From the IMG/VR virus record IMGVR_UViG_3300010396_000010, positions 1 to 64,000 of that record: DNA of 64,000 nt. One strand, 5' to 3'. This DNA is from a virus. Position 1 is the first letter of the stretch; each line of letters starts with the position of its first letter. The notes below the pieces were generated by a model. The model saw only the letters and a program-made list of their open reading frames with translations, was not told the DNA's origin and made no database searches. This document shows, in pieces, positions 25,982-36,489 of the stretch. A program made the translations under genes and the position numbers.

Positions 25982-28900
25982 TAGTACGCCTTCCCTCCGC
26001 GTGCGCCATGCTCTTGGATGCGCCCCGCTGTCTTATTCAGTTCGCGGTAGATCCCGGCGACATTTTGCACCCCATGCACATGCACCGGCCCGGTGATGAT
26101 GATGGGGCGCATCGCGCCGCTCCGTTCACGGCCCGCGCCAGCACCAACGCCTCCCATCAACGCTTCTCGAATCTGGCGGTTACTCACCACTGCGCCGGGA
26201 TGGGACGAGAAGAACAACTCCGGCCCCTGCTCACCCACGATGCTGATCGCATTGCCAGGGTAGTGACCGCCTTGGGCGAAACCGAGTGCGCCATGCACCG
26301 GTCCTTGGAGTGGTCCGGGCAAGACCGTATTGACCAAGTTATCAATGATATTCTTGATCGTGACGAGGATCGCCCCCCACAAGCCTTTCAGTTTATCGGG
26401 AACGGTTTTCGTGAAAAAGTTGCCGACGCCATCGCCAAAGTCCGTCAGCTTCTTCATCATTTCCATGAGGGCGTTGACGATCCAAGCGACCAGCCGGGTA
26501 CGCAGATCATTCAATTTGCCGCTGATGTTGCCCCATATGCCGCCCACATACTTGCCGAAGTCCTCGGCCATCTCAATGACGTGGCCGATCACGCCCATTT
26601 TCATCAAGTCGGCGTGGTGCTTCGCCTCCGCCGCCAGTTCCTTCATGTGGGCAATGACTTTGAGCTTTTGCTCTTGCGCCTTTTTGATGGTCTGTTCCGC
26701 AGTGGCCTCAGCAGCGGTGATTTGCGCGATCTGCATTTCCAGCGCATGCCGTTTGACGGGATCTTTGGTTTCCGCCAACTCGCGGATCAGTCCCTCTTTC
26801 TGCATCCGCATATGCAGGATCACGCCCTCTGCCGACTTCTGCGCCGCGTTGATCTGATGCAGTTTCATTTCGTCGGCATGCATGCCCGCAGCAAGCGCGG
26901 CCTTCTTCGTGTCACCGGAGATGATGCCCAACAGCGCATGAAAGCCCTTGCCCACCGATTGCACCAGATGCACCACTGCCATAATCATGGCGAACTCTAA
27001 GGACAGGATGGCATGCAAAATGCTCGTGGGCAGTGTCCACAGAAAGAACTTTGCCACGTTGCCTAACAGGCTGAGTAGTGGCCCGGTGATGAGATTCCAC
27101 AGACCAGCAAAAAAGCCGAGCAGGATGCCGCCCAGCATTTGCAGCAGTCCCTTCAAAATTTGCAGAATGCCGTCCCACACGCCGTGCAGCAGTTTACCGA
27201 GATCCTTCCATGCCAGCCCCCACTTGCCCCCCAAGAGATCCAGGCCGATCAGGATGATGCCAGAGACAATTGACCAGGCAACCTTAATGACGCCAGCGAT
27301 CACATTCCAGACGCCCTTAAAGACCAACTCGATCCCAGGCCACATTGCCGCCCACAGATGGGCGAACAACATGATGCCGTTGTAGACCAGTGATCCCGGA
27401 CCAAATGCCGGACCCAGGCGGGATTCGACCTGATGCACAAAATCATTGATCGCTTTTTCGGCTTGCTTCAACTGCCCCCCGAAAAAGTTCATCAGCATAT
27501 GGATGAAGGGCATGATCTTGTCTTTGTTCATCACCAGGACGGCGATCAGTCCTGCGATGGCCCCCACCAGCAAGAGGATGGGGCCAGCCGCAGCCGCGAT
27601 GCCCAGGAGGGCCGGGCCCATACCCGCCAGCATTGGGCCGATGCCTGCCACCAGCATGCCCATGATGCCGCCGCCACCACCCGCTGCTCCTGCTGCGCCA
27701 CCGGCAGCGGCACCACCACCACCCAAGAGTTGTGTAAGCATGGTGCTGATGCCACCACCACCTGCCCCGCCGCCGCCGCCGAATAGTCCCCCCAACATGC
27801 CTGTGCTGCCACTACCCGCCGCTGATCCGCCCCCCAATACACTGGATGGGAACCAGTTAAAGACACTGCTATAGGGGTTGTTGCCGCGCAACATAGTCGG
27901 GCTTGTTCCTGATCCACCACCAAGGAGTGTTTGTGGAAGGAGCGTTCGCAAGAGGGTCGGATATTGCAGTGTCCGCAAGAGGGTTCCCGATCCGCGTATC
28001 GCGGTAAGATCCTCTAATCCCGCGCCCGCATTGCCCCCATTTAAGAGCGTGTTTGGTAACAGCGTGCGCAACCATGTTGCCGGTTGAAAGGTTCGTAAGA
28101 GTGTATTCGGCAACAGCGATTGTGCTTCGTCCTCCACACCACCCGCTGCGCCACGTAACATCGTTCCCGGCAAGAGGGTACGGAGCCATGTAGGCGTAAG
28201 AAGGGTGCGTAGTGCAGTGGGTGTACCGCCTAACGTTGTGGGTGTCCCAAAGGCCGCGAAGGGACTGGTCCCAAAAGGATACGCTACGCCTGTTGGGGGA
28301 CGGGGATAGAATGCCGTGTTCGGGAGATAGGGCGTGCCACCTGCTGCGCCACCACCCAGGATTTGCGTAAGCATGGTGCTGATGCCACCGCCACCAGCGC
28401 CACCACCAAAGAATCCCCCACCACCTGCGCCTCCGAAGGGGGGCGGGGGTGCGCCAGCGGGACCACCGCCGTAAGGACTACCACCACCCGCCCAAGGAAA
28501 TGGCGGCATCCAGGGGCCACCCGCGCCACCTGCGCCGGGTGCGCCATGCCCTAGCGGGCCAAACAGATTCCATAAATTGCCAAGCAGCCCCATCCCGCCG
28601 CGTCCCGCCGCACCTAATCCCCCCGCATAGGCGTTATATGCACCGCCGAGCAATGGCCCCGCCAACGCGCCGGGGGTCAGTGCGCCGTGATGCTGTAGCG
28701 CCCAATTCCAGAAGGCGTTTTGTCCCGCTTGTGCCGGGCCTTGCAGCATGCCGCCAATCATGCCCAGCGGACCACCGGACAGGAATCCCCGACCAACGCC
28801 CATCACGCCGCCTGCGAGGCCACCCAGCAGTTTGCCACCGACCTGTGCGCCAATCACGGCCAGCAGGATATGCAAGATGTCTTTGTGCTGGCCCAGCCAA

Positions 28901-30717
28901 TGCAGCGCGTCGCCGATCTCGTGGAAGCCCTTGCCGATGTCATGGAGAATCGCCCTCGCCTGTGACCCTTGCAGCCACGTGATGAAGCCGTTGAACTTGC
29001 CCAGCAGCCATTCCGCAACGGTTTTCCCAAAGGCAATGATCTGATCGCGGTGTGATTCGATATAGCCGATCAGGCGATTCAGCGCGTCCATGAACTTGCT
29101 GATCATCGACGTGGGATCAGCGGCATTGCCGACAATGGCGGTAACAACACTGGTCCAGAAATCATGCATGCGTGTGGCGGCACCCTGCGGCGTGAGCATG
29201 GATTGCTTCTCGCCCTGCCCTGCGAAGGCGGGAGATAGGCCGATTTGCTCCAAGGCATTGAGGACCGCGCCGGGGTTCTCAATGGTTTTGCCGCCGCGCC
29301 CGCCAAACTTGACACCGTACTTTTGGAGCAGTTGCGGGCTGATGCCCAGCGCCGCCAACTGCCGTTCCAGGCCAACGGTGTTGCCCGATTCGGCTTTCTC
29401 GAAGATGCTGAGGATGCTGTTATACGCAGCGGTGGGATCTTTGCCATTGATCAACTGCGCATTGACCATGAGGTTGCTGATCACATCGAGTAGGTTGCCG
29501 CCGCCGAGGTTCTTCGTGGGGTCTTGCCCATAGGCCATGCCCTGCGTGATCACGCCCCACAACTGCTGAATGGTCATCTGGCTATTGGGCGCGTAGCCCT
29601 GGCCGAAGTTCACGCCGTCATAGGTGCCGCCGGTCAACCACGCCTGTAGCGCGTTCTCGCCTTCAATCGCGCCTTTCGCCGTGTTCGGATCGATGCCAAG
29701 TTTCTTGAAGAGCGCAATGATCTGATCAGTTGGTGGTGAGCCATACGGCGCTGCTCCACCCGATCCGCCGCCCGTCGAGATGAGATGTGACCGCTCCTCG
29801 TTGATGCGCTGCACCTGCTCGGCGTATTGCTGATCCTCTTTGGCAAGATGCGCTTTGAGCTTGGCTTCTTCTTCTTTGTAGTGGCGTTCGAGGTTCGATT
29901 CTTCTTCGTCATAATGCTTTTTGAGATAGGCGAGTTGCTCTTTATATTGCGCTTGCTCTTTGGTCAACCGATCTTGGAGGCGCTGCAAGGCGAGTTGATG
30001 ACTGTCGTACCCCTTCTTGTCGAGGTACTGATACATCGGTTCAATGGTGTTCTGGATATATTTCTGATAGGACGCATTCTCTGCCGTCAGTTGATTTTCC
30101 AGGGACTTGGCTTGATCGGCATGCCCGGTGGAAACCAGTGCGTCGATCTGTTGTTCCAGCGCCGTTGTTAACTGCTGATGCTGCATAGCGCGAGGATCGC
30201 CCAGCGCGACCAGGCGCTTATCAATCTGATCCTCATACGATGCGGTCAGTTGTTGCTCTTGGTCCTGGATCTGCTGCATCGCATACTGATGGCTCTCCAC
30301 CAGCTTTTGCAGCGATTCATCATAACTCTCGGTGCGCTGCGCGATGGACTCTTTGGTGTTCTCGGTCAGATCGGCTTCCTGTTGCTTGATCTGCGCCACC
30401 ATGTCCGCGTGCGCCCGCGCCGCGTCCTGCGCCCGTTCCCCTAACTGCTGCAACTGATAGGCAAGGTTACTGGCCGATGAACCCGCCGCGCCCATTGATG
30501 AACTGCTATCGTCCATCGTGCCGGAGAGTGCGCCGAAGTTCTGGATGAGCGATCCGAGTCCTGCTGTCATGGTGGCCCATTGCGACGCGATGCTGGCGAA
30601 GCTGGAAACCACGCTGGATGCCGCGCTTTCCAGTTCCCCGAACGCCGCCATCATGGCATCGACGCCCGCGACGACACCAGCCACCTGGGCATCAAAGGAA
30701 AAGACCACATTGGACAT
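25981..30717 (-). CDS. tape measure protein
   Basis: About 1580 aa; coiled coil, W-spaced amphipathic repeats, C-terminal FAQGG..VGEQGPELF. Confidence 0.9.
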   Translation of the reverse strand: MSNVVFSFDAQVAGVVAGVDAMMAAFGELESAASSVVSSFASIASQWATMTAGLGSLIQNFGALSGTMDDSSSSMGAAGSSASNLAYQLQQLGERAQDAARAHADMVAQIKQQEADLTENTKESIAQRTESYDESLQKLVESHQYAMQQIQDQEQQLTASYEDQIDKRLVALGDPRAMQHQQLTTALEQQIDALVSTGHADQAKSLENQLTAENASYQKYIQNTIEPMYQYLDKKGYDSHQLALQRLQDRLTKEQAQYKEQLAYLKKHYDEEESNLERHYKEEEAKLKAHLAKEDQQYAEQVQRINEERSHLISTGGGSGGAAPYGSPPTDQIIALFKKLGIDPNTAKGAIEGENALQAWLTGGTYDGVNFGQGYAPNSQMTIQQLWGVITQGMAYGQDPTKNLGGGNLLDVISNLMVNAQLINGKDPTAAYNSILSIFEKAESGNTVGLERQLAALGISPQLLQKYGVKFGGRGGKTIENPGAVLNALEQIGLSPAFAGQGEKQSMLTPQGAATRMHDFWTSVVTAIVGNAADPTSMISKFMDALNRLIGYIESHRDQIIAFGKTVAEWLLGKFNGFITWLQGSQARAILHDIGKGFHEIGDALHWLGQHKDILHILLAVIGAQVGGKLLGGLAGGVMGVGRGFLSGGPLGMIGGMLQGPAQAGQNAFWNWALQHHGALTPGALAGPLLGGAYNAYAGGLGAAGRGGMGLLGNLWNLFGPLGHGAPGAGGAGGPWMPPFPWAGGGSPYGGGPAGAPPPPFGGAGGGGFFGGGAGGGGISTMLTQILGGGAAGGTPYLPNTAFYPRPPTGVAYPFGTSPFAAFGTPTTLGGTPTALRTLLTPTWLRTLLPGTMLRGAAGGVEDEAQSLLPNTLLRTFQPATWLRTLLPNTLLNGGNAGAGLEDLTAIRGSGTLLRTLQYPTLLRTLLPQTLLGGGSGTSPTMLRGNNPYSSVFNWFPSSVLGGGSAAGSGSTGMLGGLFGGGGGAGGGGISTMLTQLLGGGGAAAGGAAGAAGGGGGIMGMLVAGIGPMLAGMGPALLGIAAAAGPILLLVGAIAGLIAVLVMNKDKIMPFIHMLMNFFGGQLKQAEKAINDFVHQVESRLGPAFGPGSLVYNGIMLFAHLWAAMWPGIELVFKGVWNVIAGVIKVAWSIVSGIILIGLDLLGGKWGLAWKDLGKLLHGVWDGILQILKGLLQMLGGILLGFFAGLWNLITGPLLSLLGNVAKFFLWTLPTSILHAILSLEFAMIMAVVHLVQSVGKGFHALLGIISGDTKKAALAAGMHADEMKLHQINAAQKSAEGVILHMRMQKEGLIRELAETKDPVKRHALEMQIAQITAAEATAEQTIKKAQEQKLKVIAHMKELAAEAKHHADLMKMGVIGHVIEMAEDFGKYVGGIWGNISGKLNDLRTRLVAWIVNALMEMMKKLTDFGDGVGNFFTKTVPDKLKGLWGAILVTIKNIIDNLVNTVLPGPLQGPVHGALGFAQGGHYPGNAISIVGEQGPELFFSSHPGAVVSNRQIREALMGGVGAGAGRERSGAMRPIIITGPVHVHGVQNVAGIYRELNKTAGRIQEHGARGGKAY

Positions 30718-30786
30718 AGGACGCCTCATAGCAGAAAACGCCCGCACCCCCTGAACAGAGATGCGGGCGTGAGCGTGAAGTGGGGG

Positions 30787-31131
30787 CTACTCTTCGTGGG
30801 TGAAGATGTGGCCGCTGGCAATTAGCGAATCAATGATGGGGTCCAGTTCCCGCGTCACCAGGAACCGTTCGCCCCGTTTAATGCGCAGCAGGAGTGTATC
30901 GCTTGGTCCGTCATACGTCACCACCGTATGCTTCGTGCAAGCAACAGGAGGTTCGGCGGTAACAGGTTCCGCAGCCGCAGTAGGTTCCGCCTCCGGTGTG
31001 ATGGCGGGCGCAGGGACCGGGACCGGGGGCGGTTCATCCATCGGTGCCGATAACGGGTTCATCGGAGCCGTTTCCGCCTCCGCCCCCTCCGGCGTCGCTT
31101 CCGGCTGCGTTAGCAGTTCTTCGTCGTTCAT
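30787..31131 (-). CDS. Pro/Ala/Glu-rich hypothetical protein
   Basis: Likely start MNDEELL; low-complexity N-terminus. Confidence 0.55.
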   Translation of the reverse strand: MNDEELLTQPEATPEGAEAETAPMNPLSAPMDEPPPVPVPAPAITPEAEPTAAAEPVTAEPPVACTKHTVVTYDGPSDTLLLRIKRGERFLVTRELDPIIDSLIASGHIFTHEE

Positions 31132-31486
31132 GGAATCTTCTTTCAAGGGACCGTTTGAGTTCGTGGAGATCGCGCTTGGGGAGGACGCTGGTGAGTCCGG
31201 CAACATCGGTGACGGCGTTGGGGTTTCTGATCCACGCGGCGTCGCTATCGTCGTCTTCTTGGGCATCGCTGAGTTCCCCCACCATCTGATCGTAGAGTTC
31301 CATCCCCTTTTCGGGATCGTTGAACAACACCCCGGAGAGCATCGCCGCTTGCAGTTGCAGCCGCGCATTGAGGCGCGTCCGCGTGAGCTCATCGCGGGCA
31401 TGCACTTCCAGGGCGTAGTTCATCCAATACGGGGAATGGTTGAGGCATTCATGCTCTGCGTAGCCATAGGTGCGCAGATCCGCCAT
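31034..31486 (-). CDS. tail assembly chaperone T-part (-1 frameshift product)
   Basis: -1 frame is open from the slippery site at 31579-31585 into this ORF. Confidence 0.6.
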   Translation of the reverse strand: MADLRTYGYAEHECLNHSPYWMNYALEVHARDELTRTRLNARLQLQAAMLSGVLFNDPEKGMELYDQMVGELSDAQEDDDSDAAWIRNPNAVTDVAGLTSVLPKRDLHELKRSLERRFHERRRTANAAGSDAGGGGGGNGSDEPVIGTDG

Positions 31487-31494
31487 CTGGCGCT

Positions 31495-32091
31495 CTAGTT
31501 GCTCGTAGAATCCAAGGTCGTGGAGGTTTCGGCTGGCGCTGGTTCTTGCATACGGTAGATAGTCGCCAGCCGTTGCAAGTTTTTTGCGAGGCTTGGCAAG
31601 TGATTGGATTGCAGGAAATAGGTCAACGCTTCAATCAGCCAGTCCAGGGCGAAATGCTTGCGCACGAAATCGAGGGTGATGCGGGTATCCGTGTCCCGAT
31701 CCAGGATCAGACGCGCCACATCTTCAATCTGGCGCTCGGAAAGGGTGCTGAGGACATCCAGCACGATCCCCATTTGATCGGTGCCATAGCCTGATTCATC
31801 GGCAAGTTGCGTCATGCGGATCTGCATGACCTGCGCTTCTTCGAGATCGGCGGCACTGATGCCCAACTGCTGCGCTAACCCCTCGCGGAACGTCAGATCC
31901 TCGGCGTCGCGTTTGGCGTGCATCGTGATCTCGGCGTTGCGCTGCGCAGCCCGCACGCGCCACCCCAGCAGGATATCTACCACGAGGTTCTTGGCGCAAA
32001 ACAACTGATGCACGGTGACGGGGCCAATGGGGAACTCTTTGCCGCCCACAACCACGCGGGGCAGGGCGGCAGTTTCGGCAGTCTTTGCCAT
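31495..32091 (-). CDS. tail assembly chaperone (G-like)
   Basis: Between tail tube and TMP; contains A AAA AAC slippery heptamer. Confidence 0.7.
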   Translation of the reverse strand: MAKTAETAALPRVVVGGKEFPIGPVTVHQLFCAKNLVVDILLGWRVRAAQRNAEITMHAKRDAEDLTFREGLAQQLGISAADLEEAQVMQIRMTQLADESGYGTDQMGIVLDVLSTLSERQIEDVARLILDRDTDTRITLDFVRKHFALDWLIEALTYFLQSNHLPSLAKNLQRLATIYRMQEPAPAETSTTLDSTSN

Positions 32092-32112
32092 GACGACTCT
32101 TTCTAGCAGCCT

Positions 32113-32637
32113 CTAATACTGCTCGTACACATAACCCAACTGCTGACCGGCAGCCTGGGAGGGATCAGCGAGACAATCAAACTCGACCTTGTATTCAGTG
32201 TCCTTGTCGCGGGCGAAGTTCAGCGACGCGCCCTTGGACGAGTAGACCTTGTTGAGATGCACCACAACATTGTTGGTGGTATTGTCGTTTTTCGGCACCG
32301 TCGCGTCGAAGGTGAAGATCGGCGTGTAGACACGGCCACCGAAGGTGAACTGGTCTTTGTTGGGGGAACCGCCTGTGGTGGTCACGTCGCCCAGCCCAAA
32401 GACGCCATACGCCGCTGAAACGAGTGCCATCTGCACCTGATAGATGGTGGTTTCGATGCTGCATTCTTCCTCAGATTTGAATGCCGCAACGGGCGCAAGC
32501 GCCTGGTCGCATTTGAGCGCCATGTACTTCGGGTTGTATTTGAGGATCATGCCGCCTTTCGATGCCCCCAGGTCTTGCGACCCCAAGAGCATTTGCGACG
32601 CGGCCCCCATGCGGAGTTTCGCGGGTGCAATAGCCAT
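32113..32637 (-). CDS. major tail tube protein
   Basis: DLGASKGG, CDQALAPV and LNFARDKDTEYKVEF motifs; position. Confidence 0.75.
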   Translation of the reverse strand: MAIAPAKLRMGAASQMLLGSQDLGASKGGMILKYNPKYMALKCDQALAPVAAFKSEEECSIETTIYQVQMALVSAAYGVFGLGDVTTTGGSPNKDQFTFGGRVYTPIFTFDATVPKNDNTTNNVVVHLNKVYSSKGASLNFARDKDTEYKVEFDCLADPSQAAGQQLGYVYEQY

Positions 32638-32649
32638 GAGTGTTTCTCC

Positions 32650-33081
32650 TTACCTTGGCCCGTTGCGGAGCCATTCTTCATCAGACATGTTCGCCAGAGA
32701 CGGATCGTGCGCTTCGGGCAAGTCACTTTCGCGCAGCCCCAAGGTATTGAGGCGGTCGCCGCGTATGCCCTTGATCCAGTCATGGTAGGGCAGATCGGTT
32801 CTCGTGGGGCTGTAGGCATCGTAGGCCGTTGCTAGCCACTGGCCCTGGTCGATGCCCCCTTGCAGAAATTCCGTCGCCTCTTGCGCCTCCAAGAGTGTGT
32901 GGCAGCGCACGACACACCCATTGCTGGTCACGCGCTCCCAATGCTGCGGAATCTCCCGCGCAATGAGGCCAGCGGGGGTACGCAGTGCGCGAGTGGGGAG
33001 CAGCACCAAGAGGCAATAGGCGTTGGTCTTGGTGATTGGCGCGGCTTGCACCCGCGCCGGGAGGATGAGCAGCGATCCCAT
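32650..33081 (-). CDS. hypothetical protein
   Basis: ORF in the late operon with RBS. Confidence 0.55.
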   Translation of the reverse strand: MGSLLILPARVQAAPITKTNAYCLLVLLPTRALRTPAGLIAREIPQHWERVTSNGCVVRCHTLLEAQEATEFLQGGIDQGQWLATAYDAYSPTRTDLPYHDWIKGIRGDRLNTLGLRESDLPEAHDPSLANMSDEEWLRNGPR

Positions 33082-33094
33082 CAGTGGTCCCCTT

Positions 33095-35221
33095 CTAGGC
33101 CGCGATCACCCGGACGGGTTTCAGGCGGAATTTCACGATGTCGGCGTTGGTCGCGCTGCCGGTGGTGACGGCGATGCTTTGGATGGAGGCGACATTCGGC
33201 CCCGGATTGGGTGTGGGAGTCAGCACCGTGTTGACGGTTGTCCCGCTGGGAACCGCGACGGTGAAGGTCTGCCCGGCCACGCCCAGGTTATTGGTGTAGG
33301 TGACGGTGATGGTATAGGTCGATGCGCCGATAGTGCCACCGGCATACGCTTCGACCGTGCCGCCCCCCGGTGCGGTAATGCCACCAGACTTGACGGCGAG
33401 GGACGCCGTTCCTGCCGTCAGGTTGCCGGTGCTGGCTCCGGTCGCTGTCCACACGTTGAGTGTGTCCACATTCGCGTGGGTGAAGATTTGGGCGCTGGGG
33501 ATCGGCGCGGGAACGGATGTGCCGTAGCGCCGTGCGAACGCGCCGGATGCGACGTTGAGGCAGAACTGATTGAAGGCATCCGCAAAATACTGATCAACCA
33601 CCAGCGTATTGTTCAATAGGTAGTTCGCCAGTCCAGTGTTTGCGGAAACCTGACTGCATACGAAGTCCAGCGCATCCAGAATAAAGCCGGGCCCCTTTTG
33701 CAGCAACGTAGTATAGGTGATGGTCGAAAGCCAGGTAATGAGATTGCCACTCGCCAAATTGGCTAAGGCGCTGGTACGCTGTTCAATCGTGTAGGCGGAT
33801 TCCAGCACACTTTGCGCCAGGGAATCGGTGAATGACTGGATGCGCGTGACTTCGGTGGCATAGTCGGTGTTGATGCCGGTAATGTTCGCTGGCAGCAGCG
33901 CCAGGGCATCGGTGATGGTCTGGGCAATGTTGTCACACATCGTGTTGCATTGCGTGGTGGTAAATGTCGCCATGCTTGCTACTCCTGCGAGGTACTGATT
34001 TTTCGCCGCAACGACGGCCAGCAGCGCCGTGTCGGTGGTGTTGAGTGCGCCAACGGTGGGGTCCGTCTGCGTAATACCGGCGTCGATGCCGAAATTCACA
34101 TCGGGAAATCCGGGGTTGTCATAGTTCCACAGCAATGCGCCGCCATAATGCTGCAAACTATTGGTGGGGAAGATCTGCGTGAATAGGTCGCTAAAGAAGG
34201 CGCTACGCGGGTAGAATGGCACACCCTGGTTGGTGAGGGTGTTGCGTTTATCGATGCCGATTTCCCCGACTACCAATGGCTTGCCCATCGTTTGCGCCCA
34301 TCCCAGGTATTGCTTCAATTGCGCCTGATAGGCGGCAGCGGAGGGCCAGATGAGCGTGCAATCCGCTACGCCATGTCCAGAACTGTTATAGCCGTTGGCG
34401 GCGTACAGGTGGAAGTCGGCGTAGTCGATGGTGGCGATGCTGTGCTGTGTCAGGAAATCCTCGCCATAGTACGTGCCATTGTGGACCGGATCAGTGTTGA
34501 TATAGTCATACGCCTGATTGATGCTGCCGGTACCAAGGAGGTGGTTGCTATCAATCCCCTTGATGAAGGCGCTGATCGTGGTCCACCAGCTCGTCATGGT
34601 CGCCAGGCGCGTAGAACTCAGCGTATTGGGGTTCGTATCGGTGCCCGCATTGTTGTTCTGTGTGTAGCGGAACTCGTTACCAACCTCCCAGGCAAAGATC
34701 GTGGGATCGTTCTTGTAGGCGATGCCCGACACCGTGTTCGTGCGATTGAGGATCTTGGTCAGGAACGCCTCGAACAAGGTGATGATGCCCGCCGTGTCGT
34801 GGAAATTGTCGCCAAAGGTGGTGTCTAAGCTGGTCGAGTTGGCATGGTTCCAGTATTTGACATAGGTAGGCTTGCCGCCGAAATCGTCATAGTTGTTGCA
34901 CAGCGTCAGGATCAGCTTCATGCCGATGCTGGCGGCGTTGGCAATCGCATTGTCCAGAAAGACAAAGGCCGACTCGTTCCACGATCCGCCATTCAAGCCA
35001 TATTGCATCAGCCCTGCTTGTGGGCTGGCGTTGAAAGCGTTGCCATAGGCCCAGGTGCGAACGACGGTTGCGCCATATCGCTGCATCTCTTGGAGGCGCG
35101 AGAGTTGCAGCGAGGAACTATTGGTTCCGGTCACGCCCAGATCATAGGCGTTGAAGCCGATAAACGGGAAACGCTGACTATTCAGCCAAAATTGGCCGTT
35201 GATGGCGCGAACGAATGCCAT
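33095..35221 (-). CDS. GH5 (beta-mannanase-like) glycoside hydrolase fused to a structural domain
   Basis: FIGFNAY, VVRTWA, AWEVGNEFR (acid/base) and PLVVGEIG (nucleophile) motifs; internal RBS+ATG at 33973. Confidence 0.85.
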   Translation of the reverse strand: MAFVRAINGQFWLNSQRFPFIGFNAYDLGVTGTNSSSLQLSRLQEMQRYGATVVRTWAYGNAFNASPQAGLMQYGLNGGSWNESAFVFLDNAIANAASIGMKLILTLCNNYDDFGGKPTYVKYWNHANSTSLDTTFGDNFHDTAGIITLFEAFLTKILNRTNTVSGIAYKNDPTIFAWEVGNEFRYTQNNNAGTDTNPNTLSSTRLATMTSWWTTISAFIKGIDSNHLLGTGSINQAYDYINTDPVHNGTYYGEDFLTQHSIATIDYADFHLYAANGYNSSGHGVADCTLIWPSAAAYQAQLKQYLGWAQTMGKPLVVGEIGIDKRNTLTNQGVPFYPRSAFFSDLFTQIFPTNSLQHYGGALLWNYDNPGFPDVNFGIDAGITQTDPTVGALNTTDTALLAVVAAKNQYLAGVASMATFTTTQCNTMCDNIAQTITDALALLPANITGINTDYATEVTRIQSFTDSLAQSVLESAYTIEQRTSALANLASGNLITWLSTITYTTLLQKGPGFILDALDFVCSQVSANTGLANYLLNNTLVVDQYFADAFNQFCLNVASGAFARRYGTSVPAPIPSAQIFTHANVDTLNVWTATGASTGNLTAGTASLAVKSGGITAPGGGTVEAYAGGTIGASTYTITVTYTNNLGVAGQTFTVAVPSGTTVNTVLTPTPNPGPNVASIQSIAVTTGSATNADIVKFRLKPVRVIAA

Positions 35222-35228
35222 AGGAACC

Positions 35229-35777
35229 TCACGAACGCAATTCTTTGGTGTACACCACAAAGATCGCGTGATAGGGAATGACGACGCTCGGCAACTGCAT
35301 CCCTGGCATGAGCGTTTTGGCGAAGGCGACGGTGGACGCGCCGACTGCGCGCGGGATGCCGCCGAAGATATACTGGTTGCGCTCGATGAGTTTCTTGGCT
35401 GCCGCCATTAGTCGCCCGGTGGTCATTTCCGCATCTTCGGGCAACTTGGCATTGCCAAAGATGCTGAGGCCGATCTGATGCTGGCCGCTCACGAAATCGA
35501 ACTCCTGGTCCTTTTCGGGATACTCCGAGGTCAGATGATAGACATACGCGACCGGGTAGGTGCCACCCGGTTTGCGCGGTGGTTCGCTCATCTCCACCCG
35601 TTTGAACGGTTCCAGCACCAGGGGATGATCGAGTTTGAGTGGCGTCACCACGCCGTTGAGATCCTTGGCATTGACCATGACGCCAGAGCGAAAATCTTGC
35701 TCATAGGCGTCCAGTTCCGCCTTCATGGCGGGGGACAGCAGCAGGTTCTTGGTGATTTCGATGATTTGCGTATACAT
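35229..35777 (-). CDS. putative tail terminator/completion protein
   Basis: Size and position; YPVAYVY motif. Confidence 0.5.
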   Translation of the reverse strand: MYTQIIEITKNLLLSPAMKAELDAYEQDFRSGVMVNAKDLNGVVTPLKLDHPLVLEPFKRVEMSEPPRKPGGTYPVAYVYHLTSEYPEKDQEFDFVSGQHQIGLSIFGNAKLPEDAEMTTGRLMAAAKKLIERNQYIFGGIPRAVGASTVAFAKTLMPGMQLPSVVIPYHAIFVVYTKELRS

Positions 35778-36301
35778 TAGGACACCGTTCCTACGCCGAC
35801 TGCGGCAGTCATGCCATAGGCGGCGGAATTGATGAGCGGAGCCACCTGCGCCAAGATCTCATCCAGGGCTTCTTGTTCCCAAGGATTCGCCACCTGCCCG
35901 CGCACCGAGGTAAAAGCGTAGCGTCCGCCTGGGCCTTGGGGGAGTGGTCCCTTGCGCCAGCGATCCGCGCCAAAGACCAGGGCGCGGGCGTTGATGGGAT
36001 AGATGCGCCCGGTGCCATTGCTGGCCGTGCCTTCGCGCAAGAAGATCAGCACGGCCTCATCTTCGGGGCGCGTGACGACAGCAAAGCCAACCTCGGAACC
36101 AAATTCTTCCAGGTGCAGCCCCGCCGCGAAGTCCCCGCTATCTTTGGGCGCATGTTCCTGAGCGATCAGTACAGCGGTATGCCCCGCCTGGAGCATAATA
36201 CCGGCAGCACGCAGTAGTGCAATGGGATCATCCCAGCGGGCGAACTGCCCTAGGAAGTTGCGCAACTGTGAGACATCAACGGTAAACGATATGCCACTCA
36301 T
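35777..36301 (-). CDS. HK97 gp10-like neck protein
   Basis: APKDSG, FLREGT, IYPINARALVF and VRGQVANPW motifs. Confidence 0.7.
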   Translation of the reverse strand: MSGISFTVDVSQLRNFLGQFARWDDPIALLRAAGIMLQAGHTAVLIAQEHAPKDSGDFAAGLHLEEFGSEVGFAVVTRPEDEAVLIFLREGTASNGTGRIYPINARALVFGADRWRKGPLPQGPGGRYAFTSVRGQVANPWEQEALDEILAQVAPLINSAAYGMTAAVGVGTVS

Positions 36302-36489
36302 TAGCCGTTCACCCAGCCGCGCACGCCGACACCGGAAATGCTGCCGATAGACGTGCCGCCCTTCTTGGTTTCCGTCTTGACACCCTTGGACATCTTGATT
36401 TTCTTGCGATGGGCATTGTGTGCCGCCGTCTTGTTCTTATTGCCATAGGCAGACTTGCCCCATCCCGTCTCGCCGGGTTTACGCCGCAT
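36301..36489 (-). CDS. small basic (Lys/Arg-rich) protein
   Basis: GGAGG RBS; coupled on both sides. Confidence 0.55.
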   Translation of the reverse strand: MRRKPGETGWGKSAYGNKNKTAAHNAHRKKIKMSKGVKTETKKGGTSIGSISGVGVRGWVNG

